Shown here piece after piece: positions 28,416 through 38,248 of a stretch of 59,038 nt of DNA (the stretch's first letter is position 1; every line of letters starts with the position of its first letter). Where the stretch lies: IMG/VR virus record IMGVR_UViG_3300021256_000061; one strand, written 5' to 3'. Source of the DNA: a virus (lineage: Duplodnaviria; Heunggongvirae; Uroviricota; Caudoviricetes). The notes below the pieces were generated by a model. That model worked only from the letters and a program-made list of their open reading frames with translations. It had not been told where the DNA came from and did not search any database. The translations under genes and the position numbers were made by a program.

Positions 28416-28756
28416 CTATGAAACAGGAAAGTAAAGTTTTAAATGGTGTTGGAGTTTTATTGGCACTATGTTTGGCGGAAGAAAGTAAAATGAATGCCGA
28501 AGATATCATCAATCTATTAAATAAGGTAGCGGAAGAGGACTAAGGAATATAAAACCAAATAAAATAATAAAATAAAAGGAAAAAAATGTTAATATTTGCC
28601 AAATCTGCATATGGCTTTAATGCACACGCTGAAGGTAGAAATAATAAAGCTTTTGGCTTTAATGCACACGCCGAAGACATGAATGGTGCTTTTGTTGTCA
28701 TTAGGATTAAAAAAACCACTATAGATGATAAAAATATAAAATAAAGGAAAATTACT

Positions 28757-29011
28757 ATGAAATACAAGGATTTAATAGAAAAGCTTCTTCCATTTTCAGA
28801 AGAAGATATTTCTATGGCAGTTAGCGATGAGGAAAAGTATTATAGCTTAGATGCCGACGGCTCTAAACATGGCAAAAAAAGAAAATGCATTGTTTCAGAG
28901 GTCAGGTTTTATCATCCATTTGAAGACAACAATGACTTGATTGTTGGTGTGAGAGCAAAATATGATAAAGAAAGTTTTGATGATTTAGGCGAAGCTAAAA
29001 TTTTTGAATAA
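28757..29011 (+). CDS. hypothetical protein
   Basis: Co-oriented ORF. Confidence 0.65.
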   Translation: MKYKDLIEKLLPFSEEDISMAVSDEEKYYSLDADGSKHGKKRKCIVSEVRFYHPFEDNNDLIVGVRAKYDKESFDDLGEAKIFE

Positions 29012-29014
29012 GAT

Positions 29015-29254
29015 ATGAAAAATGTAGAATTTGAAGGATGTAATGTAGTTTATGGTAAAGGGCAATCAGAATATATTCCTTTACACGCGCAAAAGGTGGG
29101 CAATGTATCCGTAACCTGCTATAAGCTTTCATTTAAAGAACGCCTCAAGGTTTTGTTTACAGGCGTAATTTGGCTGGGGCAAATGAACTTCGGTAAACCA
29201 CTACAGCCACAATTACCATCGGTTAATAAAAACGATTTAATTGAAAATGTATAA
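29015..29254 (+). CDS. conserved phage hypothetical protein
   Basis: GQSEYIPL...CYKLSFKER...FGKPLQP. Confidence 0.75.
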   Translation: MKNVEFEGCNVVYGKGQSEYIPLHAQKVGNVSVTCYKLSFKERLKVLFTGVIWLGQMNFGKPLQPQLPSVNKNDLIENV

Positions 29255-29267
29255 AACTGACTAGACT

Positions 29268-29495
29268 ATGACAGCATTAGAAAAATTTCAAGAATTGCCA
29301 CACATAAATTCATCGTATGAGATATTGGATGACTGGGGATATACACCTAGCCTGTATCATTTTGACGGAATGTGGCATGTATCATGGATTCATTGCTCGG
29401 ATGGGGATAGTTTAGACGATTTTAGTGGCTCCACGCCAGAAGAAGCAATTGACAAGGCATATAAATGGTTTCACAGTAAATTTAGTAACGATTAA
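29268..29495 (+). CDS. hypothetical protein
   Basis: G.TPEEAIDKA ending. Confidence 0.7.
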   Translation: MTALEKFQELPHINSSYEILDDWGYTPSLYHFDGMWHVSWIHCSDGDSLDDFSGSTPEEAIDKAYKWFHSKFSND

Positions 29496-29497
29496 CT

Positions 29498-29950
29498 ATG
29501 ATTACAGAAGATTACGTTTCTTTTGAAACAGCAAAACTCCTGAAAGAGAAGGGGTTTGACGGAAAATGCTACAAAGTTTGGGCGTATTATACTTCAAGCA
29601 CGCCAATGCTCTGGGCTGCACCGTCCTTTGTGGAAGGCGAAACAATCGTTGATAGAGAATCCGTTGAGTCTGCAGAACGTACGTGGAATACGATTTATTG
29701 CAACTCTGAAAATAAAAACCACGGATATTTAGCACCAACTCTTCAAATGGCAATGAAGTGGCTGAGGGAATTGCATAATATATTTATAAGCATTTCATTT
29801 AGATTTTCACGTAATGCAGATAACGATATAAATTTTAGTTATTATGCTGAAAAGTATGAAAATCATTATGGCTATGGTGATGGTGAATTCAATTCTTATG
29901 AAGAAGCCTGTGAGGCGGCAATAAAGTATTGCCTTGAAAATTTGATTTAA
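29498..29950 (+). CDS. family A protein
   Basis: All three blocks. Confidence 0.9.
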   Translation: MITEDYVSFETAKLLKEKGFDGKCYKVWAYYTSSTPMLWAAPSFVEGETIVDRESVESAERTWNTIYCNSENKNHGYLAPTLQMAMKWLRELHNIFISISFRFSRNADNDINFSYYAEKYENHYGYGDGEFNSYEEACEAAIKYCLENLI

Positions 29951-30017
29951 TTATGATAAGAAAATATAGAGGATTCCTTGCGAGGAACGAAGACAGTTGC
30001 CTATGGTTTCATAAATA

Positions 30018-30251
30018 ATGTTAAAAGGAAAAAAAAGAATGATTATAGAAGAGGTAGTTGATAAATGTTACTGCTGTGGCAAACCGCTTACAGATTATTT
30101 GGATACTTGCGAGATGGAAGATGGCAGGCAATTCTGCCGTGATTGTTGGGACATTATCAGTGCCAGACTTGACAGTGCTATAAACAATGTAATCAATCAG
30201 GTTAGGATGGAAAGAAGTAAACCGAAAGAACTAAAATTTAAGTTGAAATGA
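30018..30251 (+). CDS. small Cys-rich protein
   Basis: CYCCG...FCRDC. Confidence 0.65.
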   Translation: MLKGKKRMIIEEVVDKCYCCGKPLTDYLDTCEMEDGRQFCRDCWDIISARLDSAINNVINQVRMERSKPKELKFKLK

Positions 30252-30325
30252 CACAAGAAGAGAAACAACTGCAACTCATAGACCTTTGTGGGAAACTCCC
30301 TCATGGAGTAATAATTCATAATTGA
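30248..30325 (+). pseudogene. truncated family B head
   Basis: MTQEEKQLQLIDLCGKLPHGVIIHN*. Confidence 0.75.
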
Positions 30326-30480
30326 TTGACATATGGCAATAGCAGCTTGTGGTATGTACTGGTCATGGGATAGTCCCATGTGGTGTTCTGGTAATAAAAC
30401 AGACGAAAGCAAGAAGATGGACGAGGTTGATAAAAAGTGCCTTGGTTGCCCTTGGTGGAAAGGAAATAAAAAAGAAGATT

Positions 30481-30843
30481 ATGATTAATGAAGATTACGT
30501 GAGTTTTGAAACGGCAAAACTCCTGAAGGAAAAGGGGTTTATGGGTGATGTCCAAAGATGGTATGTTATAAGCGCCCCAGAAGAAGGCGTTGTAACAATA
30601 GGATTTGGAAATAAAACAGATTATGTGCAAGCTCCCACCCTCCAGATGGCAAGGAAGTGGTTGATAGAGAACTATAACATACATATTGAAGTTAGATATT
30701 TTCCCATGCCTGACATTTACAGATATGTAATTATACACTCTCCAGCAACCTTTGAAAATATTGGTTCACATTCACAATATTTCAATAAGGATGAGGAGGC
30801 TTGTGAAGCGGCTATTAAGTATTGTCTTGAAAATTTGATTTAG
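30481..30843 (+). CDS. family A protein
   Basis: Start reassigned to MINEDYVSFETAKLLKEKGF. Confidence 0.9.
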   Translation: MINEDYVSFETAKLLKEKGFMGDVQRWYVISAPEEGVVTIGFGNKTDYVQAPTLQMARKWLIENYNIHIEVRYFPMPDIYRYVIIHSPATFENIGSHSQYFNKDEEACEAAIKYCLENLI

Positions 30844-30845
30844 TT

Positions 30846-31118
30846 ATGAGCAATATAGATTACACCAAAGAAAATGTAAAGGTGCTTGATAGCATTGATT
30901 TTTCGCCCTATTTTAAATACATTGAAAAGGGAAAAAGCGTGTCGACATTCATTAGGGTTATAGAAAACGAATTCGACCACACAGAACTCGTCAACAACGA
31001 TATTCTTGAAGGCTTTATTTTTGACTGGCTGAGCGAAAGCGAGATTGTTGAATATTTTGAAAAACGCTATCCAGATAAATTCAAAACCATAGAGTATACG
31101 GAATATAGATTTTGCTAA
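30846..31118 (+). CDS. hypothetical protein flanked by family A tail repeats
   Basis: cttgaaaatttgatttag on both sides. Confidence 0.7.
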   Translation: MSNIDYTKENVKVLDSIDFSPYFKYIEKGKSVSTFIRVIENEFDHTELVNNDILEGFIFDWLSESEIVEYFEKRYPDKFKTIEYTEYRFC

Positions 31119-31144
31119 TACAGCCTTGAAAATTTGATTTAGAT

Positions 31145-31345
31145 ATGACTAATAAAGAAATAGCCGAATACATTCAGGAGAAATGGATTAACTATTCAAG
31201 GGGACTGGCAATGTCCTTTGCATTCAGGAAAGACAAGAACTATATTTTTGAGGATGTGAAGGACGCATTCTCATCTGGCGCCTGGGAAATAATCCAGCTT
31301 TTGATTAAGAATGATATTAATACAGAGGATTTGAAATATGAATAA
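31145..31345 (+). CDS. small hypothetical protein
   Basis: Co-oriented, overlaps next start. Confidence 0.65.
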   Translation: MTNKEIAEYIQEKWINYSRGLAMSFAFRKDKNYIFEDVKDAFSSGAWEIIQLLIKNDINTEDLKYE

Positions 31346-32699
31346 AGAGATAGAAATTCCAGAGGGTTACGATGCTCGAATTGAGGGTAACAGGGTTATC
31401 ATTGAACGGAGAGAAAGTGAGGACGAGAAGATAAGGAAAGAATTGTATGCTTTTATAAGTTCAGTTCAACACGCTTATCTATGTGCTAATAATAAACGCG
31501 AAAAATGGCTCGCCTACCTCGAAAAGCATAAAGAGCAGAAGCCTGTGCAATTCAATGGAGAGAGTCTTGCAGAAATTATCAAGGGAGAATTTGAAGGGTT
31601 CAGAAGCCTCTTAAAAAAGAAAGGAATAGACTATGAACCACAATCTACTTATTGGGAAAGATTTGCACGGCTATTTGATAGTTCTGCGAGAGAGTATCTA
31701 AAAGAGCAGAAACCTATAGAGTGTATTGAGTTTGACAATGAGTTTAAGAACCAAGTTTCACATCTACTTGCATCTGTCTTAAACAAGGAGCACGATTATA
31801 CCGAAGGTTTTGTCAAGTATGTCTCACAATCACTTCTTGAATATGCCAAAAATGAATTGAAGTCAAGCACCGTTAAAAAATTGAGAGAGATTTCAACTCC
31901 CGCAGATGAAAATTGGTTTGAAATTCAGAAGCAGTGGGAAAAGGAAGATGAGCAGAAGTCTATTGAAGATGCAGCAAAAGAAGCAGCAAAGGATAAGGAG
32001 TCTGCAGAAAAGTTTCTTAATAACGCAGGAATTGTGGATGAGAATGGAAATTTGGCTGAAATATATCGTTCAGAGCAGAAGCCCGCAGAATGGAGCGAGG
32101 AGGATGAACGTATCCTTAAAGGTATTATTGGCCTTGTAGACCATGACCAACATTATGGTGTATCCAATAATGAAATGTTGACTTGGCTCAAATCCCTTCC
32201 TGAAAGATTCAACCTTGGGCCAATGCAAGAGTGGAGCGAGGAAGAGATGAAAGTATTAGACTCTATAATAGACGACTATAAAAAAGGCGATAAATCATTT
32301 TGCGGTTATGCTGGAAAGATTGTACTTTTAAATAAAATTCGTGATGGCAAATATAATTTGTCAAAGCAAGAGTGGAGTGAGGAGGATGAGAAGTTTATTA
32401 ATGACCTATGTAATCTCTTGGCATCATTAGCAAAAAACAATCGTATAGGTTGTTATTATGCGCCAGACATAATAAACAAAATTAAATCCCTCCGTCTCCG
32501 ACCTATTACTTATGCATTAGATGCACCGTTGTGTTATGATATCGATTTGAATCCAGTTTATCCTCCAATCAATCATTGGAAACCCAGCGAGGAACAGATG
32601 AAAGCACTGAAAATTGCACTTCAACGTGGTATTCTACACGGGACTTGGGAGGAAGATGCACTCAAATCGCTTCACAATGTACTTAAAGAATTGATTTAA
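31338..32699 (+). CDS. family C modular protein
   Basis: MNKEIEIPEG head, EQKP linkers, EWSEE x3, HWKPSEEQM tail. Confidence 0.88.
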   Translation: MNKEIEIPEGYDARIEGNRVIIERRESEDEKIRKELYAFISSVQHAYLCANNKREKWLAYLEKHKEQKPVQFNGESLAEIIKGEFEGFRSLLKKKGIDYEPQSTYWERFARLFDSSAREYLKEQKPIECIEFDNEFKNQVSHLLASVLNKEHDYTEGFVKYVSQSLLEYAKNELKSSTVKKLREISTPADENWFEIQKQWEKEDEQKSIEDAAKEAAKDKESAEKFLNNAGIVDENGNLAEIYRSEQKPAEWSEEDERILKGIIGLVDHDQHYGVSNNEMLTWLKSLPERFNLGPMQEWSEEEMKVLDSIIDDYKKGDKSFCGYAGKIVLLNKIRDGKYNLSKQEWSEEDEKFINDLCNLLASLAKNNRIGCYYAPDIINKIKSLRLRPITYALDAPLCYDIDLNPVYPPINHWKPSEEQMKALKIALQRGILHGTWEEDALKSLHNVLKELI

Positions 32700-32705
32700 C
32701 AAACA

Positions 32706-32738
32706 AAAGGCCACAGGGTTCAACACTGTGGCTTTTTT
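32706..32738 (+). terminator. intrinsic terminator
   Basis: gccacag...ctgtggc plus T6. Confidence 0.8.
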
Positions 32739-32766
32739 ATTTTTAAGTATAAATTTTTTTACTTTT

Positions 32767-32797
32767 TTTGTTTATTCAATATTCTTTGTTATATTTG
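32767..32797 (+). promoter_or_regulatory. Bacteroidetes housekeeping-sigma promoter
   Basis: TTTG-N19-TATATTTG. Confidence 0.75.
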
Positions 32798-32826
32798 CAA
32801 AAAACATTTTAAAAGCAGATAGGCGT

Positions 32827-33015
32827 ATGTTTGACGAAGAGATAAAGAATTGTATTTTTACTGTATGGAACTACAAGTATAATAAATCTTTAGCTTGCAA
32901 GATTGTTAAAAAACTTGATGATAAATTTGTTAGAGTAATCGAGTATCCAACAAATGGTGACAGTGAAATTCATACCGTCGTTGGATGGACAGACATTAAA
33001 AATAAAACCGAATAA
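32827..33015 (+). CDS. small hypothetical protein
   Basis: Start reassigned to MFDEEIK. Confidence 0.6.
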   Translation: MFDEEIKNCIFTVWNYKYNKSLACKIVKKLDDKFVRVIEYPTNGDSEIHTVVGWTDIKNKTE

Positions 33016-33017
33016 TC

Positions 33018-33689
33018 ATGAACAGAAACGACTTAATGGAGACATTCAACATCCTTGGAGAGAACAAGGATTTGGCACTTTTCTACAAGGACAAGACTAA
33101 TTGTAGAGGTATTGGATACTGCGGTAATATTTCCCTTGTTAATGGGAAGGCAGTATTCAATGGGAAAAAGTATGGCGATGTTGAGAGCCTCAGGGCAGCC
33201 CTTGTAGAGTGGGCAGGCACCCTTGCGTGGCCCGTCGATACGTATTGCCCCCTTACCAGGGAGTCTTGCCGTATACAGGAGAGGGTTGAATGGTTCCTCA
33301 CCGATAAGTTGGGATTTAAGGGTGCGAGCCATAATTGGGACTATGTCTATGAAAGAACTATCGGCCCCGAGTTCAATATGTCTTTCAAGATTTCAAATAA
33401 GAATGATAAAGTTGAAATCATGTCGAGATATGGCGAATATACATTTTACAACCAGATTGAGAGTGCCGAGGACGGCGTAAAGATTATATCCACCCTTGTC
33501 AGGGAGTACGCGCTTTCTATGGCAAGCGATATCGTCGGAGTAGTCAGTGATTGTCCCGACACGGATATTGCAGAAATCAACGCTCTTGTGGAGACAAATA
33601 CCAATATGTTTGGATTCAAAACCATCGACTATAAGACCACGATGATTAGCCTGCTCGAAAAAGAGCTTAAAAAACTCAAAGGAGAATAA
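33018..33689 (+). CDS. hypothetical protein
   Basis: 223 aa ORF. Confidence 0.75.
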   Translation: MNRNDLMETFNILGENKDLALFYKDKTNCRGIGYCGNISLVNGKAVFNGKKYGDVESLRAALVEWAGTLAWPVDTYCPLTRESCRIQERVEWFLTDKLGFKGASHNWDYVYERTIGPEFNMSFKISNKNDKVEIMSRYGEYTFYNQIESAEDGVKIISTLVREYALSMASDIVGVVSDCPDTDIAEINALVETNTNMFGFKTIDYKTTMISLLEKELKKLKGE

Positions 33690-34082
33690 AAACGTGAAAC
33701 TTATTTGGATGCTATTTTGGGAGATTTTTTTCGTTTTATTTATTCTCCCCTGGGCATGGTTACCAATTGTATTAGAATTCTGGGACCATAACAATGAGCC
33801 CAAATGGTTTAGATGGATATGCGACCAGGCAACAGGAAATTTCGACTAAAATAACCCCCTAAACCTCAATATTTTTCACTATTTCATGACAGGTAAGGTA
33901 TGAATGTTTTTATATGCTAATTCATTATAACACAAGGAGTTATGAGAATGTATATAAATAATTGATAATCAGATAGTTATAACTAGATTACTTTATTGTG
34001 GAAAAAAGTGGAAAATTATGGTAAAAAATGGGGTTTTTTAGCACATGAAATAAAGTGAGAAATCGTGGTTTTAATTTTCATT

Positions 34083-34099
34083 CTGGCATGATTCTTGCA
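34083..34099 (+). promoter_or_regulatory. sigma54-type promoter
   Basis: CTGGCATGATTCTTGCA, 32 nt before ATG. Confidence 0.7.
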
Positions 34100-34130
34100 T
34101 ATGCGTTTTTAGAACAAAAAAAATTAAACA

Positions 34131-34592
34131 ATGGATATTCAGTATATAAACATTAGTTCATTCCGTGGCATCTCATCAGAGGCCGAACACTATTATGCAA
34201 AATTTGTTCCCGAGGAACGAAAAAGGGATGTGGCCGAATCAATATTGGAAGGCGGAAACCCGACCATATACTGTAGTAAAAATCTGCTGTTTTATCCAAC
34301 AAGAGAACAGGCGATTGATTTGATTAAAAAAGACAATCGCATAGAAGGCCAATTCCACAAGGAACCGACTGAAAACGCCATTGCGAAATACATGGAAGAC
34401 GGGACCTACCGCTTCCCGTCAATTCTTGATATTGTCAAAGAGGCAAGGAAGACGTTCCCTGGTTCCATATTATGCTTTGCCTTGGAAGAACGCGTGGACG
34501 CATTCAGAAAATACTGGATGAGGATGTATGAGGCTGGGGCTGAAACAAAAGCGCAGGTTGAAACAATGACGGATGCATTGTTGGACTTATAA
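34131..34592 (+). CDS. hypothetical protein
   Basis: First gene after sigma54-type motif. Confidence 0.7.
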   Translation: MDIQYINISSFRGISSEAEHYYAKFVPEERKRDVAESILEGGNPTIYCSKNLLFYPTREQAIDLIKKDNRIEGQFHKEPTENAIAKYMEDGTYRFPSILDIVKEARKTFPGSILCFALEERVDAFRKYWMRMYEAGAETKAQVETMTDALLDL

Positions 34593-34607
34593 AATAAAAC
34601 CATAATC

Positions 34608-35402
34608 ATGAGCAAATACATTGACGCAGGCAAACTGATTGCCGAGATAAAACGGTATAAAAACAAAGCAGATGAACGCCTTAAAATAAAAGGCAGAACT
34701 TTCGGTGAAGAACAGAAAGATTTGGCCCTTCAAAATTTATGTGGCAACTTATTACACTTCATCGCCTCTCTCCAGCAGAAGCAGCCTAAATTATTAACGG
34801 CGAAAGATGCATGGGGGAATATGCGATTGGAGGCCTATGCTCAAGCATCTGGGGCAAATTGTGTTGACGAACATTCAAAGATGTTTTCGCTTTGTGATAT
34901 AGATGAAATCTTTGAGAACATTGGAGATGTAGAGCAGCCGAATTTCCCGACAACCGATGAGCAGATTAAAGAATTTCTTGCTACACATCCTAAAATTGAA
35001 GTACCAGAGAAATATAAGAATCCAGATTGGTTGTTCAAGAAGCTGGAGCAGTCAGAAGGATTGCACTTTACTCCACTTAATCGACTTATTCAGAAAATCC
35101 CGTCCGAGAGATGGAATGATACTGTAAACAACTACGCCAGGAAACTTCGTGATTGCCTCATAAGAGAAGGGTATCGGAAAGACGCAGAGTTATTGCAAGG
35201 CTACATTTCTTATATGAACGGCCACAATGTCCCTATCGAGCAGGAGTATCCGAAGGTGGATTTAGAGAAAGAAATTGACTCAGAGTGGAAAAAATGTGAG
35301 CCCATTGATGAAGGAATGGGACTAGAATCTGCTAATATAGTTAATGAACAGTTTGACCATATCGCCCGCCACTTTTACGAACTTGGTAGAACAAGAAAAT
35401 AA
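34608..35402 (+). CDS. family D modular protein
   Basis: MSKYIDAGKL head; QQKQP/EQP linkers; IARHFYELG tail. Confidence 0.85.
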   Translation: MSKYIDAGKLIAEIKRYKNKADERLKIKGRTFGEEQKDLALQNLCGNLLHFIASLQQKQPKLLTAKDAWGNMRLEAYAQASGANCVDEHSKMFSLCDIDEIFENIGDVEQPNFPTTDEQIKEFLATHPKIEVPEKYKNPDWLFKKLEQSEGLHFTPLNRLIQKIPSERWNDTVNNYARKLRDCLIREGYRKDAELLQGYISYMNGHNVPIEQEYPKVDLEKEIDSEWKKCEPIDEGMGLESANIVNEQFDHIARHFYELGRTRK

Positions 35403-35665
35403 TGATTGTATTATATATCATAGTTTCTTTAATCAATGTGTTTTTGCACATTGTCAGGAGCATCTTGGTTATCAAAGCAAGTAAAACAATCGCATCGCTT
35501 GCGAATTGTATTTGCTATACTTTCTCAGCTATTGTTGTTAAATTTATTGCGGAGACTGATTTGTGGATTGCCATAACCGTTCAGGCGACAACAAATTTCA
35601 TTGGCTGTTACGCCGCGATGTGGTTTTGTGAATGGTGGCTTAATAAAAAGAAAGAAATTAAATGA
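35402..35665 (+). CDS. small membrane protein (DUF5698/YebE N-terminus-like)
   Basis: Three hydrophobic helices; NVFLHIVRSILVIKASK. Confidence 0.55.
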   Translation: MIVLYIIVSLINVFLHIVRSILVIKASKTIASLANCICYTFSAIVVKFIAETDLWIAITVQATTNFIGCYAAMWFCEWWLNKKKEIK

Positions 35666-35850
35666 GAGTGTCATTTATGATAGATGTGGACGAAAAAGAA
35701 ACCACACTTTCAAAAAAAGAAATATTGGATATTGGTTTGGAGGCGATTGCAGAAGCATACGAAAGACTCGGCATATATTATGACATAGGATATAATCCCC
35801 AACTAATAACAAACAGTCAATTAAGTTAACATAAAAAAAAAAATAAAATC

Positions 35851-36105
35851 ATGGAAGGGCCAAAACAAATTTATATACCCAAAAGTCATTTAAGAGCACA
35901 AATTACAAAAGGTGACGATAGTCATGTTAAATATATCCGTGCCGACTTAGCCGAATTAAGCTGGCAGGATGTTAGAATCTTATGCGATTCTTTTATGAAC
36001 GTTGGCTTGCGGTCCGACTTGCCCGCTCGTTCAAAGAATTTCTATGAGGAGGTCCTTCGCGTTTATCAGGAATGTAAAAAGGAAAAAGCCGATGCTGAAA
36101 AATAG
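35851..36105 (+). CDS. hypothetical protein
   Basis: PKQIY...KYIRADL, related to 24154. Confidence 0.7.
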   Translation: MEGPKQIYIPKSHLRAQITKGDDSHVKYIRADLAELSWQDVRILCDSFMNVGLRSDLPARSKNFYEEVLRVYQECKKEKADAEK

Positions 36106-36385
36106 AACAGACATTTTACTGCTATCAGAAAATGAATGCAGCTTGATAAATTTAGCCGTATGTGATAATGCCACGGGGCATCATTTGCTCTGCGCACGAA
36201 CCAACACCTATTGGCAAATGCGAAAGGCACTAAATGAAGCACGGGCCGCAATTTCGTCGGGCACCGCTACTCCCAAACAACTACAAATGATGGAATATTC
36301 TAAACAATGTGAAGATTATTCCTATTGGAGGGATTTGCCAGACGATAAGAAACTATTCATAGAAAATAATCCAAACCAAGAATAA
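36092..36385 (+). CDS. hypothetical protein
   Basis: Start reassigned to MLKNRTD. Confidence 0.6.
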   Translation: MLKNRTDILLLSENECSLINLAVCDNATGHHLLCARTNTYWQMRKALNEARAAISSGTATPKQLQMMEYSKQCEDYSYWRDLPDDKKLFIENNPNQE

Positions 36386-36715
36386 ATGGAAAGAGTAATT
36401 GCGGCAGCATATAAAGTCAAACCAGAGTTCATTTGTAAAAAGAATATAATCAGAAAAGTAGGAACAAGTGAGCCAGATGACATTTATCAGTGTAGGATTG
36501 CTAGACACCACGCGGAAATTCTCCATATCTGGGGAAAAGAAGTGGACCACGAGACCGACGGATTCTACACATCATATGGTAGATGGGTTAACAGGAAAGA
36601 GGCTGCAAAAATTGCAGTAGAGTCAGGTCAAATACAAAAGTGCCACTACTTTGGTGGAGAAGAACTTGACAGCAGCGACTTGTTTGATTTGGATTTTGAA
36701 GGTAAACCAATATAA
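36386..36715 (+). CDS. conserved phage hypothetical protein
   Basis: IAAAY...RHH...GFYTSYGRWVNRKEA. Confidence 0.75.
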   Translation: MERVIAAAYKVKPEFICKKNIIRKVGTSEPDDIYQCRIARHHAEILHIWGKEVDHETDGFYTSYGRWVNRKEAAKIAVESGQIQKCHYFGGEELDSSDLFDLDFEGKPI

Positions 36716-36736
36716 CCAAGACCCACCCATGAAAGT

Positions 36737-36753
36737 TTGGCACGATTCTTGCA
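36737..36753 (+). promoter_or_regulatory. sigma54-type promoter
   Basis: TTGGCACGATTCTTGCA (full consensus), 36 nt before ATG. Confidence 0.8.
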
Positions 36754-36788
36754 TTAGAACATTATAAATAAATTTAACAATAAAAAAT

Positions 36789-37340
36789 ATGAAAGAAATC
36801 GATTTTTACGCAGGAGAAAACATTGAAAATGCATGGAAAACACTCCTTAGGGCGAGCGCTGAATGCGGAGAAACCTGCTATGGAATGTTTAATGGCAAGC
36901 AGCTCCTTTCCACTGACACTTTGGATGAGGCGTATAAGAAAGTAACAGGGCTTACAAAATCCGAGTTCGACGACGAATGCAAAAGAGAACGCGAGGAATA
37001 TGAGCGTGAGGAAGAAGAACATATCGCATCCATACCTGAAAAGACTAAGAAATATTGTGATGCGGCAAGAGGCGTAATCATCGAAGAACAATATGGTTAT
37101 TGGGATGAAATTGTCCCCATTCGTCTCAATGACTTATATCACGGAATGGAACTCGACGCCACCCTTGAAATCTGCAAGATAATGCGGAATGAATCCATTA
37201 GCCTTGAAGAGCGTATCGAAAAGGCAAAAGAGGCATTCCACAATCAGGGGCATAGCGGAATGTCGGCAGGACTTGTGCTTTCTATGATAAGGGCATTCTG
37301 CTCACATGGCGAGGAACTTGTTAACAGGATAAAATTTTAA
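36789..37340 (+). CDS. hypothetical protein
   Basis: 183 aa; ends QGHSGMSA. Confidence 0.75.
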   Translation: MKEIDFYAGENIENAWKTLLRASAECGETCYGMFNGKQLLSTDTLDEAYKKVTGLTKSEFDDECKREREEYEREEEEHIASIPEKTKKYCDAARGVIIEEQYGYWDEIVPIRLNDLYHGMELDATLEICKIMRNESISLEERIEKAKEAFHNQGHSGMSAGLVLSMIRAFCSHGEELVNRIKF

Positions 37341-37416
37341 CTTATCACATCCTTTGTACACTACTCCAAATCCAGTCACAAACTCAGCGCCTGGCTTAAC
37401 TCTAATATTTAAAAAA

Positions 37417-37644
37417 ATGTTTAATCCTTTTTTCGCCCTGGTCACGGCTTATAGCCTCAGAAACATGTTTAATGAAAATGACGACACCATTCCTTATTGC
37501 TGCAACGGCTACAAACACTTTAAGGGATTAGATATACCATGCAAAAAAGGATGGGACCCTGAAGAATCGGGTGATTATTGCCCCGACGAAGATAAATACG
37601 ACGAATACGATGAAGATGATGATTTAGATGATGATGACATCTAA
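37417..37644 (+). CDS. small Cys/acidic protein
   Basis: YCC...PC...YCP then D/E-rich tail; start uncertain. Confidence 0.5.
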   Translation: MFNPFFALVTAYSLRNMFNENDDTIPYCCNGYKHFKGLDIPCKKGWDPEESGDYCPDEDKYDEYDEDDDLDDDDI

Positions 37645-37693
37645 GAAGTTGAACTCATTATAAAGGGGAAAAAATTAAACAAGACATGATTAC

Positions 37694-37710
37694 TTGGCAC
37701 GATTCTTGCA
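37694..37710 (+). promoter_or_regulatory. sigma54-type promoter
   Basis: TTGGCACGATTCTTGCA, 27 nt before ATG. Confidence 0.8.
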
Positions 37711-37736
37711 TGTATGCCACATAAAAAGATTTTATC

Positions 37737-38048
37737 ATGCTCAATAAAATTAAAGAATTGGGAATTGACTTATTCATCTTGATTATTGATGATTATTGGC
37801 ACAACAAGTACAAGGTGAAAGATTATATGGCACATGCCGATTATCATTCATACAAGCTGGTCTTCACCTTTGAGGATTGGACTGGTATTATTGGTGATGG
37901 CAAGGAACATATGAACATTGTTGCCCAGTATGTTAATGCAGGGAATCAAGTACTTATCAAATATCAGTCTGAAGATTTTGATGAACTCCTCCAGAAAGTT
38001 AAGAAGTGGAATGATGAACATAGAACGACTGAAGAAGAGGTTCGCTAA
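37737..38048 (+). CDS. hypothetical protein
   Basis: First gene after sigma54-type motif. Confidence 0.7.
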   Translation: MLNKIKELGIDLFILIIDDYWHNKYKVKDYMAHADYHSYKLVFTFEDWTGIIGDGKEHMNIVAQYVNAGNQVLIKYQSEDFDELLQKVKKWNDEHRTTEEEVR

Positions 38049-38248
38049 TAAAGAAAACAAATAATATGTTTGGCGAAGATTTATTGATAACAGTCTATGG
38101 CATTATCGTAATAGTTTTAATTGCTTTAGTATTCGCTTCTCCACTTATTATAACGGAGTATAGAATTAAAAAGAGGAAAAAGCAAAATCCAAACTATACC
38201 GATTTGGATGCATTTAATGACTTTTTTAGAATATAATTTCCTTTAATT

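Noticed and set aside
28418-28756. Genes in the AT-rich gap with the repeat tggctttaatgcacacgc
   Set aside because: Only short low-complexity frames; the 18-nt duplication has no supporting context.
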